Shown here: in pieces, positions 1-11,600 of the stretch
Layout: each line of letters opens with the position of its first letter
Position numbering within the stretch: position 1 is the stretch's first letter
Assembly: GCA_001599295.1 (NCBI GenBank)
Contig: BCGN01000003.1
Location: 868,001-932,000, forward strand
Length of the DNA stretch: 64,000 nucleotides
DNA from: Sporopachydermia quercuum
Taxonomy: Eukaryota
Direction: 5' to 3'
Program-made: the position numbers and the translations under genes
The notes under the pieces: model-generated
What the model saw: the letters and a program-made list of their open reading frames with translations, nothing else
Told to the model about the DNA's origin: nothing
Database searches by the model: none

Positions 1-2
1 AA

Positions 3-1406
3 TTCAAAATAATGTCATTTGGGTTCTTGTTCAATTTCGAACAGTACAACGACCTTGTGAAAGTGAAAAAAGTCCAAGACGTTGTGCAAGAAGATTGGTT
101 TCTTTCTGCTATCCAGAAAACCGATATTGATGTATTTGTTATTGTGTCCCATATTCCGATTCGCTGGCCCGAAGCTCAAATACTATTCAAAACAATACGT
201 CGGTATAACCCTAGAACACCTATCCAGCTATTTGGTGGTCATAGTCATATCAGAGACTTCACTGTATACGATGAATTAGCTACTGGCATAGAAAGTGGTA
301 GATACCTAGAAACTATCGGTTGGGTTAGCATTGACAATTTGAGCAGGAAGAAAAAAGAATATACAGAAACAGAAANAGGAAGCATAGAAAGCAATGATGA
401 TACGGATAATGAGAGTTCTATTGGTACTGCTTCTGATAAACCTAATGAATCCTCTGCAACGCCCATTTTCTCAAGATCGTACATCGATTTCAATGTTTGG
501 TCTTTATCTCATCATGCTGGGAAAGCTGGTGATATCAAAAATGATTTCAATACACCTTTGGGTCGTAAAGTATCAGCATTGGTCTCTTCTTATAGACGTG
601 AGTTAGAACTCGATCTTCAATATGGCTGTGTTCCTCAAAACTATTTCACCAATAGAGCTCCTTATCCTGGGAAATATAGTATATACTCTTTGTTGGAGGA
701 AAATGTTCTACCTAACTTAGAAAGAAGGTCAGACAAACAAAGAGTAATTATGATAAATACTGGTTCTATACGCTTTGATTTATTCCAAGGTCCTTATACA
801 AAAGATTCAGGATATATTGTATCACCATTCAAGAACGAATGGGTACATTTTCCTTCTATATCACGAAGTTTGGTCGGAAAGATTGTTGAATATCTCAATA
901 ACGAAACATATATTTTAGACCTATCAATTCCCGAAACAAGATCAATATATACGAAATGCAGTTCATTATTAGAAAAAGAACAAGTTACTATAGAAGAGGA
1001 GAACTTCATTTCGACCGTGTGTGAAGAAAGACCACTAAGAGAGCCAGAACTTTCAGAAATAGATGTACTATCCGTTGAGCTTACACCCGGATATGTAACA
1101 TATGATGACTTTGGTTCTGATGGTGATGATACACCTCACAAGCCAGAATTTTATTATTTAATACCTAATGTTATAGTGAGTTATGATGTAGGTCAAAAAA
1201 TGAGCAATAACAATAACAATGGTGACAATGGTGATGATGATTTGGTTGAATTTGTTTTCTTTGACTTCTTAGAGAAGTTTGTCCATGAAGCGTTGAAGAA
1301 CTTGAAAGAAGAACACAGTTTAGAGGTCGAAAAGTATGGAGGAAAGCAATTGGNAGGATTGCTGAAAAATCATGTAATTAATGAATGGTCTAAGTGTTTG
1401 CATTAG
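3..1406 (+). CDS. Calcineurin-like metallophosphoesterase / 5'-nucleotidase family protein (YHR202W-like), 5'-partial
   Basis: Frame is open to the window edge. Metal-binding motif FGGHSHIRD and ESGRYLETIGW; C-terminal INTGSIRFDLF-GP, IVSPF-N and PGY-T-DD-G-DGDDT-H motifs typical of the fungal family. Confidence 0.75.
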   Translation, partial: FKIMSFGFLFNFEQYNDLVKVKKVQDVVQEDWFLSAIQKTDIDVFVIVSHIPIRWPEAQILFKTIRRYNPRTPIQLFGGHSHIRDFTVYDELATGIESGRYLETIGWVSIDNLSRKKKEYTETEXGSIESNDDTDNESSIGTASDKPNESSATPIFSRSYIDFNVWSLSHHAGKAGDIKNDFNTPLGRKVSALVSSYRRELELDLQYGCVPQNYFTNRAPYPGKYSIYSLLEENVLPNLERRSDKQRVIMINTGSIRFDLFQGPYTKDSGYIVSPFKNEWVHFPSISRSLVGKIVEYLNNETYILDLSIPETRSIYTKCSSLLEKEQVTIEEENFISTVCEERPLREPELSEIDVLSVELTPGYVTYDDFGSDGDDTPHKPEFYYLIPNVIVSYDVGQKMSNNNNNGDNGDDDLVEFVFFDFLEKFVHEALKNLKEEHSLEVEKYGGKQLXGLLKNHVINEWSKCLH

Positions 1407-1797
1407 TGTTGCATTTTTATTGGTCTCATATAAGTTTGATGAAAAAAAGAATTTTTCGGCTGACTATTATCAAATTTCTGAAATTCATTGGCAAACATGA
1501 TTTATATATATATATACTTTAGAGTTTATAGAAGTATAGATTGCGAAATCGAATACGAGCGAGGTACTTATTTCGAGACACCGATAGAGTCAAAGTAGTC
1601 GTAGTGTGAATAGAATCAACTTGTATGACATTATATATCATAGACGACTAATGTGATGATCAGTTCATACAACTATTCAGACATACTGGGCCATCTTGGA
1701 ATTAAATTGCTACTTTGAAAGAAAAAAAAAACCAATGAGTTAATAAAGAGGTTTGCTGTTTTATTTATTATAAACAATTAAATAAAAGAGGAATTAT

Positions 1798-2991
1798 TTA
1801 GAGACCAGATTGAGCTCTTCTTCTATCTCTTTCTTCAGAGATGCTCAACTTGATACCCTTACCCTTTGGTAAGCTGATATAAGGCTTCTCGGCTTCACCA
1901 ATGACGAAAACGTTAGAGAGACGAGTGACGAAAGTGTTGTCAAGCTTATCCTTGATGTGGACAATGTCGAAACCACCTTCGTGTCTTTCACGGTGAATGA
2001 TGACACCAACTCTACCCAAGTTATGACCACCGGTAACCATGACAAGTTTACCAGTGTCGAACTTGAGGAATTCGCTGATCTTGCCAGATTCTAAATCAAC
2101 CTTGACAGTGTCGTTGACCTTGATAGCAGGATCGGGGTAACGGATGGTTCTACCGTCGTGTGTGACTAAGTAAGGAATACCCTTCTTGCCCAATTGAACC
2201 TTCTTGACCTTGGCCAACTTGTATGAAGCTTCTTCGGCAGTAATTCTGTGGACAGCAAATCTACCCTTAACATCGTAGACTAATCTAAAATGTTCATTGG
2301 TGTCTTCAATGGAGATGACATCCATGAAACCAGCAGGGAAGGTGGTGTCGGTTCTGACCTTACCATCGACCTTGATGAGTCTCTGCATAAGGATGGCCTT
2401 AACTTCACGTCCGTTCAAAGCATACTTCAATCTGTTTCTAATGAAGACAACCAATGGAAGTGATTCTCTGAGCTTGTGGGGACCACTGGAGGAACGGGGA
2501 GCGTAAGTTCCGGAAAGCTTGTCAAGCATCCAGTGAGATGGAGCTGCGAGTCTCTTCAAATGCTTCTTACTATAATACTAGTTAGTAACAATGTTCCATC
2601 TGGTATTTTAGACTTTAATTAATGAAAATACTGCCAATAAAAGAGATTAAGTCGTCGGTTGGATTTCCAAGAAATTCTAGTGCTGTTGCTTAGACCTAAG
2701 AGTACTGATTAAGTTCTGAATGAAAGCTCTTTCGAATTTTTCAAATCTTTCCAAATGTTGATTGAGAGTGTCGTCATTGATCACCAACAGCTGTGAATCG
2801 CATCCATATAAGAGAGTATTACAATTACCGATACTATATAGTTGAAAAATAATCCCTTCACGATATCTGTTGCATTTTATTGATATGATGTTGCAACAAT
2901 CAAACGTTCTCTACCATCTAGCATCGTCGTACTCCATTTACTATTAAAATCATTTCATTTTTAAACACAACACTTACGGTCCTCTAGCCAT
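1798..2991 (-). CDS. RPS4: 40S ribosomal protein S4 (eS4); 2 exons: 2991-2978, 2569-1798
   Basis: Exon 1 ATGGCTAGAGGACC then GTAAGT. Intron 2977-2570 has TACTAAC (2587-2581) and a TAG acceptor. Splicing restores [18 protein letters not shown]. Strong codon bias. Confidence 0.98.
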
Positions 2992-3739
2992 TTTGATATC
3001 CTATTACTTCTATAATTATTGTCACAACTATAGATGATTTGGTGAATTATTTGATAATATCTTTCAACACCTACCACACACTTCAGCAGTAAACTTGTAG
3101 ATGAGTGCTCCTCTATCTCTGTCCTTTCTTGGTTTACTACTCTCAGAACCTTTCCAAAGCTTGGGTTACTTTGGTGAGTGCATTGGTGAAAGATTTCCAG
3201 CATCCAAAATTCCTTCGTAAAAAACCATCGTTCTGAAAATTACTAAGTAAATGATTCTTGAAAATGAATGTTCGGATTAGGAAAAGTGAAGGAAGAAATA
3301 AAAATAAATACCCCCTTATTAATGGCACGTGATTAAAGTATGATATTAAACCTTTTTGAGTTACTCCACTTATTCTTCATTTCTCACCGAGGTAAACGAT
3401 ATTCATGTGACTTGAAACAAGAACATGGATGGGACTTACATACTCCTACGGTATGATAAATCTAAGCCGTGGGATGCCCTATAAACTGGGAGCAAGACAT
3501 CCTTGAATTGAAGTTCCTGTTACCATTGTTGGCAAATATACAATTAGAAAGAATCTTGACCGCTTGGAGAAACTAAGAAGACCAGTACAGCTAGCAAGTG
3601 CTCATCAACTCTAACCAGAGTGCATATATTAGAAGTCAATTGTTATCTTGTAAATGCTATCTGTTTCTGTTCAACACACACATTGAAATACATACATTAG
3701 GAATCGATTTCAACATACAAATCATAGAATATCGAGAAA

Positions 3740-5737
3740 ATGGCAAAGGGAAAGGGAAAGCATTGGAAGGAAATTGATGTGAAAATTCCCGTTAGAGACA
3801 GTAAGAACCCTGGTGATCATATCTCAGGAACTCTTACTGTACCAACTGGCAGAAGCATCAAAGATGTGTACCTCCATGGGACACCAAAAGTTGCATTAAT
3901 AGCTCATGGTCATGGTGGTCATAGATCTTACTGCTACCAAGGAATCTTGGCAGAGGCCCTTGCTGAAAAACTTGACATTGCCTCGTTTAGATTCGATTTT
4001 CGTGGTTGTGGGAACTCTTCAGATGTAGTTGATCCAGCTAAAGGAAGAACTCTAGAACACGATTCCAACGATCTTACAGCAATTGCGGATTTTCTAACCA
4101 AAGTTGGTGTTGGATCCTGGTATATCTTTGATGATGTTGAGTTATCGGACTCAGTGGCTGTTGTGAAGTTCAATATTGACGCTGTTATCGGCCATTCTAG
4201 AGGTTCTGTAATTGCAGTTAGATGGTGTTGCAATAATCCCGAATACAACGTTAAACATGTGGTGAATTGCTCAGGAAGATTCAGAAATTACTTACTAAAA
4301 GATAAGATAGATGAAGCCCATCCAACTTGGGAAAAAGATGATGGATACGAGTTTGTTGGATTTAGAAATGGAGCTTATCAGCCAATATGGGTTCCAGCAG
4401 CAGAAACAAGAAGTATCAGTGAAGGATTAGCCAGTGATTTTATACAAGAGGTTCCTAAATCATTGAACGTCCTGTCAATTCATGGCTTGAATGATGCAAT
4501 TGTTCCTGTTCGTGATGCCGAAATGCATTCTAACTATTTCAAGAAAAGACACACATTACGGTTGATAGAGAGAGCTGACCATAATTTCTACGGTGTCGAT
4601 ACTATTACTTCAGAAAACGAGAAGACCGCCAACCCTTATAATTACCCATTATCAAAGAAAAACACCGTAAATTACAACTGGCAGGTTGTTGATATCATCA
4701 TCGACTATCTTAGACCTGAAATGGTTACCAAGAGATTCTACGACAACTATTATTCTATCGCAATTTTCAACAGATGGAAACCTGTTGAGGGTATATATAA
4801 TTTCCGTGATATCGGAGGTTGGCCGATTTCGCCTGTAGGTTATATGAAGCCTGGATATGCATTTAGATGCGCAGATACTAGCAAAATAACAGAAATCGGG
4901 AAAAAGACTTTGATTAACTTGGGGGTAAAAAAGATCTTCGATTTCCGTTCAGTATCAGAAATTAGAGACGCTAACCCTCCTACTATTCCCGGTATTGAAT
5001 ATGCTAATGTTCCTGTTTTAGAGTCTGTTGATCTTTCCCCTCAACAAATTGCTCTGAGATATAAGAATCTTCTATCTAATTCTTTGAACTTCAAGTTCGC
5101 ATATGCTGATTTCCTATCAGCAGGTTATAAAGCGTTTGGTAAGATTTTCACTCATATCAAAGACCATCCCAACGAGCCTTTTGTATATCATTGTACTGCT
5201 GGAAAGGATAGAACAGGAGTAATGACAATGTTGATATTATTGCTCACTGGTGTTGATGATGAGACCATTGCATATGAATATTCTCTTACAAGCATTGGAC
5301 TGGCACCTCAATTTCCAGAACTGAGAGAAAAGTTCTCTTCCAGTGTTGATAAAATCACTGATGGATTGATTAAAACTGAGCTTAGTTTCAAATTGAAAGA
5401 ACTTTTGAAGATCTCACCAGATGATGATGAGACTTTGAGTAAGAACAAGTTGGCAGCAGTGGAATTGTATTTGTCTGATGGTGATGCAAATTGGGCTTTG
5501 CTGAAAGATGGCATGGACAATCTGCTTTCATCTAAATATGAAGCAATGATTGATACTTTGGCATTATTCAAAAGCACATATGGAACTGTTGATGAGTACT
5601 TGGAAGATAAATGTGGATTCAGCCAAGAGGATATTCGAACAATTAGGGATAATTTAGTTGTTACCAGTGATACTTCAAGCAAGCTGTCTGTTTCATTATT
5701 GGAGCAGGATTGGAGTTGGAGCTCAAGTAGGTTGTGA
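3740..5737 (+). CDS. Fusion protein: N-terminal alpha/beta hydrolase plus C-terminal tyrosine/dual-specificity phosphatase (Y_phosphatase3 type)
   Basis: Hydrolase motifs HG-GG, RFDFRGCG-S, GHSRG (nucleophile), IHG--D-IVP and ADHNF. Phosphatase motifs NFRDIGG, FDFRS--E, HCTAGKDRTG and EYSLT. One uninterrupted 665-aa ORF. Confidence 0.88.
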   Translation: MAKGKGKHWKEIDVKIPVRDSKNPGDHISGTLTVPTGRSIKDVYLHGTPKVALIAHGHGGHRSYCYQGILAEALAEKLDIASFRFDFRGCGNSSDVVDPAKGRTLEHDSNDLTAIADFLTKVGVGSWYIFDDVELSDSVAVVKFNIDAVIGHSRGSVIAVRWCCNNPEYNVKHVVNCSGRFRNYLLKDKIDEAHPTWEKDDGYEFVGFRNGAYQPIWVPAAETRSISEGLASDFIQEVPKSLNVLSIHGLNDAIVPVRDAEMHSNYFKKRHTLRLIERADHNFYGVDTITSENEKTANPYNYPLSKKNTVNYNWQVVDIIIDYLRPEMVTKRFYDNYYSIAIFNRWKPVEGIYNFRDIGGWPISPVGYMKPGYAFRCADTSKITEIGKKTLINLGVKKIFDFRSVSEIRDANPPTIPGIEYANVPVLESVDLSPQQIALRYKNLLSNSLNFKFAYADFLSAGYKAFGKIFTHIKDHPNEPFVYHCTAGKDRTGVMTMLILLLTGVDDETIAYEYSLTSIGLAPQFPELREKFSSSVDKITDGLIKTELSFKLKELLKISPDDDETLSKNKLAAVELYLSDGDANWALLKDGMDNLLSSKYEAMIDTLALFKSTYGTVDEYLEDKCGFSQEDIRTIRDNLVVTSDTSSKLSVSLLEQDWSWSSSRL

Positions 5738-5929
5738 TACTTTTCACTGTTAGGATATTCCAATATTTATACTTATGATTGTCTACTTGGTTTAGTATAG
5801 TATAGGATAAATGAATGATGAAGTTGAGAGACCATTATTATTATGGTCATTATTGTACTGTTATAGCAAACAAAAAGTAAAATATTATCAAATACTATCA
5901 AAAGGTATCACCATACGGTTGCTTTAAAA

Positions 5930-7786
5930 TCAATCGTTACCAGTAGCAGCTTCCAATTCATCAGTGACCTCATAATTACCTACTTTGCCAACAGTAGAGA
6001 ACTCTCTATCAAGAACCTTTGCCAATTCTTCATCCTCCTCAGCAACATCGTTAACAAAACCAAACCTTTGTCCCCTTGAATAGTACCGTGGTTCAACTCG
6101 CACACCTGGTGCTCTGTCTAATGTAGTAACGCATTTTTTATCAATCAAAACAAATGCTACTCCACTTCCAGGACATTCGAAGCTAACATTTAGTAGTAAT
6201 TTCTCAAGAATGGACCTTAACCCTCGAGCTCCAGTTCCTTGGTTGACCGCTAGTTTGGTGATAGCTCTTAAAGAAGGCTTAGTGAACACCAGTTTCACAC
6301 CAAACTTATCAAAGGAGTAGACGTACTGTTTTAATAAAGCATTCGCCGGCTCAGTCAATATTCTAAGTAAATCGTCTTGTGTTAGAGCATTCAAAGAACC
6401 AATAATGGGTACTCTTCCTACTAGTTCAGGTATTATTCCGTAGGATACTAGATCGCTAGGTAGAACCATATCCATCACCAGTACTTTATGCCCTTCCTGA
6501 GTAGTAACAAAAGTATCTTTGTGTTCTCCTGATTCACTCGTAGCATCAATATTAAGTCTTGAGCCAAATCCCATACTAGTATTAGCTACTCTATCAAGAA
6601 CAATCTCTTCTAAGCCTACAAAGGCACCCATTAGAATGAAAAGAATATTGGAAGTGTCCACATCATAAACTCCGTTCTGGTTGTTACTGTTATTTCCACC
6701 ATATGAGCCCATATTGGATTTGGTTGCACCTTTCTTGATGTTTACTCGAACTTTGCTTCCTTCTATAAGTTTCAACAACGACTGTTGAACACCTTCGCCT
6801 GAAACATCCTTGATCCCCTTTGAGTTAGATTTTCTAGTCAATTTATCACATTCGTCCAGAACGACAATTCCCCGCTGAGCTCTTTCCACGTCATAATCGG
6901 CAGCAGCTAATAAGGTTTGAATACAAGAATCAACATCATCTCCTATGTATCCCGCCTGAGTCATACGTGTGCAGTCTGCAATAGCAAAAGGAAGATTCAA
7001 TGCTTTTGCCAAAGAGCGGGCAATTAATGTCTTGCCAGTTCCACTTGGACCCAAAAGTAATATATTCGACTTCTCCAGCAATGGACTATCATCATCAAAC
7101 TGTTGTTCCCAATCAGAGTCAAATTGTTCAGTTCTAGGTGTATCACCATGTCTTGGCGATGGTCCAAGATCCAAGCCATGCAAAGGACTTTGAGCGGAGC
7201 CATTGCCATAATTATCGTCTAAACCGTGTATATTGTTCTCACCAATATTCTTTATCAGTTTTTGCATTCTCTTCTGGGCTCTAACAGCATGGTCATTGAC
7301 TCTCATAAAATGATTATAAACGGCGACAGACATGACTCGCTTGGTTTTGTCTTGTCCCACGACATACTTATCCATAAAGGATTTTAATCGACGAGGACTA
7401 GGAATAGTTCGCATAATCTCCTCAATTGATTTCACACTGGTTGCTGGTTCACGTTGTTGATGAGAGTTTTCCTGGTTTAAATAAATACCACCATTATTGA
7501 TAGTAGGATTGGTCCTAATTGTTTCAGTATTGCCCACCATATTCATATTATTAGAACCCGCATGAAATGAAACATTGGTTGTAGCTGAACTGTCGATCGG
7601 TTTATTGTTGGCGCTACCGAAATACGAGTCATTGGCTCGTTTATCATCTTTAGGGACACGAATTGTGGAATTGAAATATCTGTGAGTTGTAACAAACGCT
7701 GGCATGAAACTTGCACTTTGTTGGTGATTCAACAACAGCTGGGACTTTCCCAGTACCGTTCTGTCAAAGGTTGTGCGAATCAACAT
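5930..7786 (-). CDS. MCX1: Mitochondrial ClpX-type AAA+ chaperone
   Basis: YVVGQ--KR--SVAVYNH, LEKSNILLLGPSGTGKT (Walker A), TQAGYIGDDV, LDECDK (Walker B), DVSGEGVQQSLLK and TGARGLRS. First ATG is at 7786 (the ORF track starts at a GTG). Basic N-terminus fits a presequence. Confidence 0.93.
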   Translation of the reverse strand: MLIRTTFDRTVLGKSQLLLNHQQSASFMPAFVTTHRYFNSTIRVPKDDKRANDSYFGSANNKPIDSSATTNVSFHAGSNNMNMVGNTETIRTNPTINNGGIYLNQENSHQQREPATSVKSIEEIMRTIPSPRRLKSFMDKYVVGQDKTKRVMSVAVYNHFMRVNDHAVRAQKRMQKLIKNIGENNIHGLDDNYGNGSAQSPLHGLDLGPSPRHGDTPRTEQFDSDWEQQFDDDSPLLEKSNILLLGPSGTGKTLIARSLAKALNLPFAIADCTRMTQAGYIGDDVDSCIQTLLAAADYDVERAQRGIVVLDECDKLTRKSNSKGIKDVSGEGVQQSLLKLIEGSKVRVNIKKGATKSNMGSYGGNNSNNQNGVYDVDTSNILFILMGAFVGLEEIVLDRVANTSMGFGSRLNIDATSESGEHKDTFVTTQEGHKVLVMDMVLPSDLVSYGIIPELVGRVPIIGSLNALTQDDLLRILTEPANALLKQYVYSFDKFGVKLVFTKPSLRAITKLAVNQGTGARGLRSILEKLLLNVSFECPGSGVAFVLIDKKCVTTLDRAPGVRVEPRYYSRGQRFGFVNDVAEEDEELAKVLDREFSTVGKVGNYEVTDELEAATGND

Positions 7787-8678
7787 TGTGCAACTGGGAA
7801 CATTTGAAGGACAAATTCGGTGCCGATGCCAATAATAGTGGAGGGGAATGAATGACACAGTTGACCGTACGGACGACTAATAAATATGATTGGAATAAAA
7901 CAAGCCTGCTATTGAAAGTTGGATTTAGTGTTCAGGGTTCTCTCTTTTCATTAAGTTTCAACAGAATAAAGAAACAAATTGTCTTGCTACCACTCGCGTG
8001 AGTTATTATCCACCTTAGTGGTTTCTGAATGTCGTTGTTGACTTCGTGGGGTAGCTCGAAAATGAGAACTCCTGCTGCGAACAAACGCTAAAACAATGGA
8101 AGAAAACCGTCGGGGTTATCAAACTGCTTGTTAATAACAATAATAAAAAAAGATACACTCCTTCTAACTATACAGTTGTGATAAAGAGGAGATGATTAAT
8201 AGTTCATGAGTAAAGAACTGATAGATCAATGAGGCATTTCTTAGTTTGTGTTATCAGGGGGCTTCTGATAAGCGGTAGAAGAAGAAGGGCAATACAGAAG
8301 ACTTTATAACAGAGATTTAATGATTAGATAATCAAAGTGAGGTATTGGAGATGGCGCAGACATGACATAAGACATGGAGTGTGACATGAGTTCGGTTCAT
8401 ATGATAGTGGTATAGTTGGATTTATAAGGCTGAATTATTAAATATGCAGGGCAAAGAAGAAAGAACTATTATTTAAGTAGAAGAGTTGAAACTCTTATGA
8501 GTTTCTAATTAAAGATAATCTAACAAAGATATCCTGAATGATAGCAAATTTCTATGACATAAAAATCAGTTTGCTACACTCTATAATCATACTCACAATT
8601 GGCTCTGCCTTCAGATTAACAGTATTTGCATTATACTACTGACATTCTAATATATACAAGCGTAACTAGCAGAGCTCA

Positions 8679-11600
8679 TCAAAGCTCATCATGCACATCA
8701 TCACTAGTATCGGCATCTGAAGAGCCTTCTACTGATTTTGCTAGCAATTCTACCTCTTTATCGTACACAACCCATTCCTTAATCTGTCGTCTGGCTCTAT
8801 CAAGCTTAGGTTCCTTTGTCAAGGGATTGTTACATAAGTCAATAGTCTTTGCCTTCTTCAAACTCTCATCATCACACCACGTTTCACACCACAACCATTC
8901 GTCAGGTAATGAAAAGATAGGAATCTCATACTGGAGATTATTTGGTAGATCTTGATCCAAGTTAGATAAAGAATTAGGATCTGCTGATAAAGATTGATAG
9001 TGAGATCTCACAACATCTCCTGCTCCCAATGATTTGAATCGTTTCAAATCCACTACGTATAACGCAGAAATGTGGTACTTAAGTCCATTGTCACCTAATA
9101 GTGTTTTCCAATATCCCTGCTTCCAGAATCTAAATCCTTCCATTTCTTTCCTTGAATCTCCCATTGGTGTATAACCATAAGGTGCTCCTTGTAAATCGAT
9201 GTCAACTAATTCTTTCAAATCAGTTCTGACTATTTGATCAGCGTCAACAAAGATGATCTTGTCTAAATCCTGAGGAAACAAAACATCAAGGAAAAGTATT
9301 TTATAGCCCCAGATTGTCCTCTGCTTTTCTCTTTGAGCCCTAAGCCAATGGGGCCATTTATAGGATACCAGTTCATATTGAAAGCCATAATGTTCTGCTA
9401 AATGAGGTAAAAATGCTTTGAATTTAGGGGATAGAAAATTTTCAATAAGCCAGAATTTCACTGAATGATTCGTATGTTTCATCACACTGGCTGTCATAAT
9501 ACTTAAGAACCGTTCATACAGATGACCACTGGCAACAGTGAAAATGTTGATGTCAGCATACTTAGGTTTAGTATGTTTTATCTTTGATACAACTCGTGAA
9601 AACAATTTTCCAGCTTGAGAAAGAATTCTATGGTCAGGAGCAGATGCATCATTTTTATCAATATCACTCTGACCGGGCATTTCATTTCCAGACACTTTCT
9701 CTACAAGTCTGTCAGATTCTCTTCCTGGAGTTTTAGCTAATGTTGGAATAAGTACTTTACCTTTGAGGTCTTGTAATGTAACAATCAGGTTGTTATTAGT
9801 TATGTCATGAGTATCGATATCTTTCCCCGAAATACTCAAAAGGTCATAAATGTCGTTTGAAGGTCCTTTTTGTAGATTAAACCTATAAACACCAGGATTT
9901 GCCTTCAGTTGTAAATATCCTAGATTTGCCATGACTATTGTGTCCGATACAATATCTCCTTGTAATGTCTTAAGTTCAACACCTAAACCAACAGGAAACT
10001 CCTGCATTGTGACATCTTGACTATATCCTTCTACTAGTAAATTCTTCAGTTCATAGACAGCATCAATCTTTGCCATTGAGGTTGAATCAGTTAACAAAAT
10101 ATTGTCAAGATCAATCTCACATTTCTTGGGAACGACAATCCATCCTGGTGGGACATTCATCTCCAACGAAAACAGTGTTGAAGTTGGAAGATGATGAAAT
10201 ATTGCTGACACATCATTAGCATCATTCTTATAACCATCGGAATCAAATGTGATGTTGTTGTTTGGAAACACACCTTTGTATAATCTGGTGATACCCAATG
10301 TTTTCTCTTTACCTGCACTGAGCCTTGGATTCAAAACAATTGTTACAGAGACATTAGGAATAGTAGAAAATGATTTCACAAGCTGAACGTATTCCTGGCC
10401 CTTTTCTGTACCCGGATTGACAATAGCTACAATGTTGATATTTGTCATATCGTTAGGTTGTGACAATTGGATTGTCAGTGCCTTCATTTCTGGCTCTGAA
10501 AATGAGTATCTTGAATGATCAGAAACAATGAATATTTCTCCAGGATCGTCCGTAAACACTTTTGTAGTGAGAATATTGATTTTTTCAACAGCAGTGAAAA
10601 GATCAAAATCAGAGTTGGAGATATTAATACCGTTGTCACTATCACTACTGGTGCTGCTACTGATTGCATCTTTTACAACCTTGAGTCTTTTCTTCTCTTC
10701 GTACTCAATCAAATATTGGAATTGAGACGCCCCGAAGGTTACTTCAGAATTAGGAATAACAACTGCTCTTCCATCAAGTACTATAGTAATAAATCCATAG
10801 TTTGGAATACCAGGATATGCTTCTCTAACATCTAGTACATTACTATTACCATTGGAATAGGCTGCATCGGCATCAGTATCAGCGTCGCTGATTGGTGACT
10901 GAATGAATTTCAATAATGGCATCCAATTTGCATATGGGGTTGATCCTTTTTGTCTGATATTGTTTCTAAGATTTATTATAAATGGAGCCTCTGGTGTTGT
11001 AGATACTAAGACTAGCCGTGTATTTCGATCTGGTAACTCATTCAGCACATTGACTAGAGCCAATAGTCTTTTGATTACCTCTTGGCTATTAAAATCAGCA
11101 ATAAAGTGAATCGTTGAGTAGTAACCTAGATTTTTGATATCTGAATCATCCTGGATTACTTCGTAGACTACTTTATTCGTATAACCGCTATCACCAAGGC
11201 TAGGATTTGAGGTAGATGTCTCACTATAGATCTTAAGGTCTTCTCTTGCAGGAACAATCAGTTGGTTACGCAATGACAACGGGTTTTCAAACAGTATTTG
11301 CTGCAAACTGAGATCTTCTTGGTCTCTAATCTGAGGAATAGAACCACTAGCAACTAGTCCTGCAAGAAATTTCCAATCGTTATGACATTGCTTTGCAAGG
11401 TTATAAGCCCAATGGTCATCAAGGGGAAAGAAAACTCCATTGACGATTATATTCACTGGTGAACCTTCAGGAGCCAGATCAAATCTATCGCACCAATGAG
11501 CTAGTTGCTTCAGCAATAGTTTTCCTTTTCTCTCTCTAAATTCTTCATAAGTTAAACTATCTGGCTGTTTACCGAATCTAAGAAACTTATCTTCGTCATT

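Noticed and set aside
2570..2977. snoRNA inside the 408-nt RPS4 intron
   Set aside because: No C/D box pair or H/ACA hairpin architecture visible on the sense strand.
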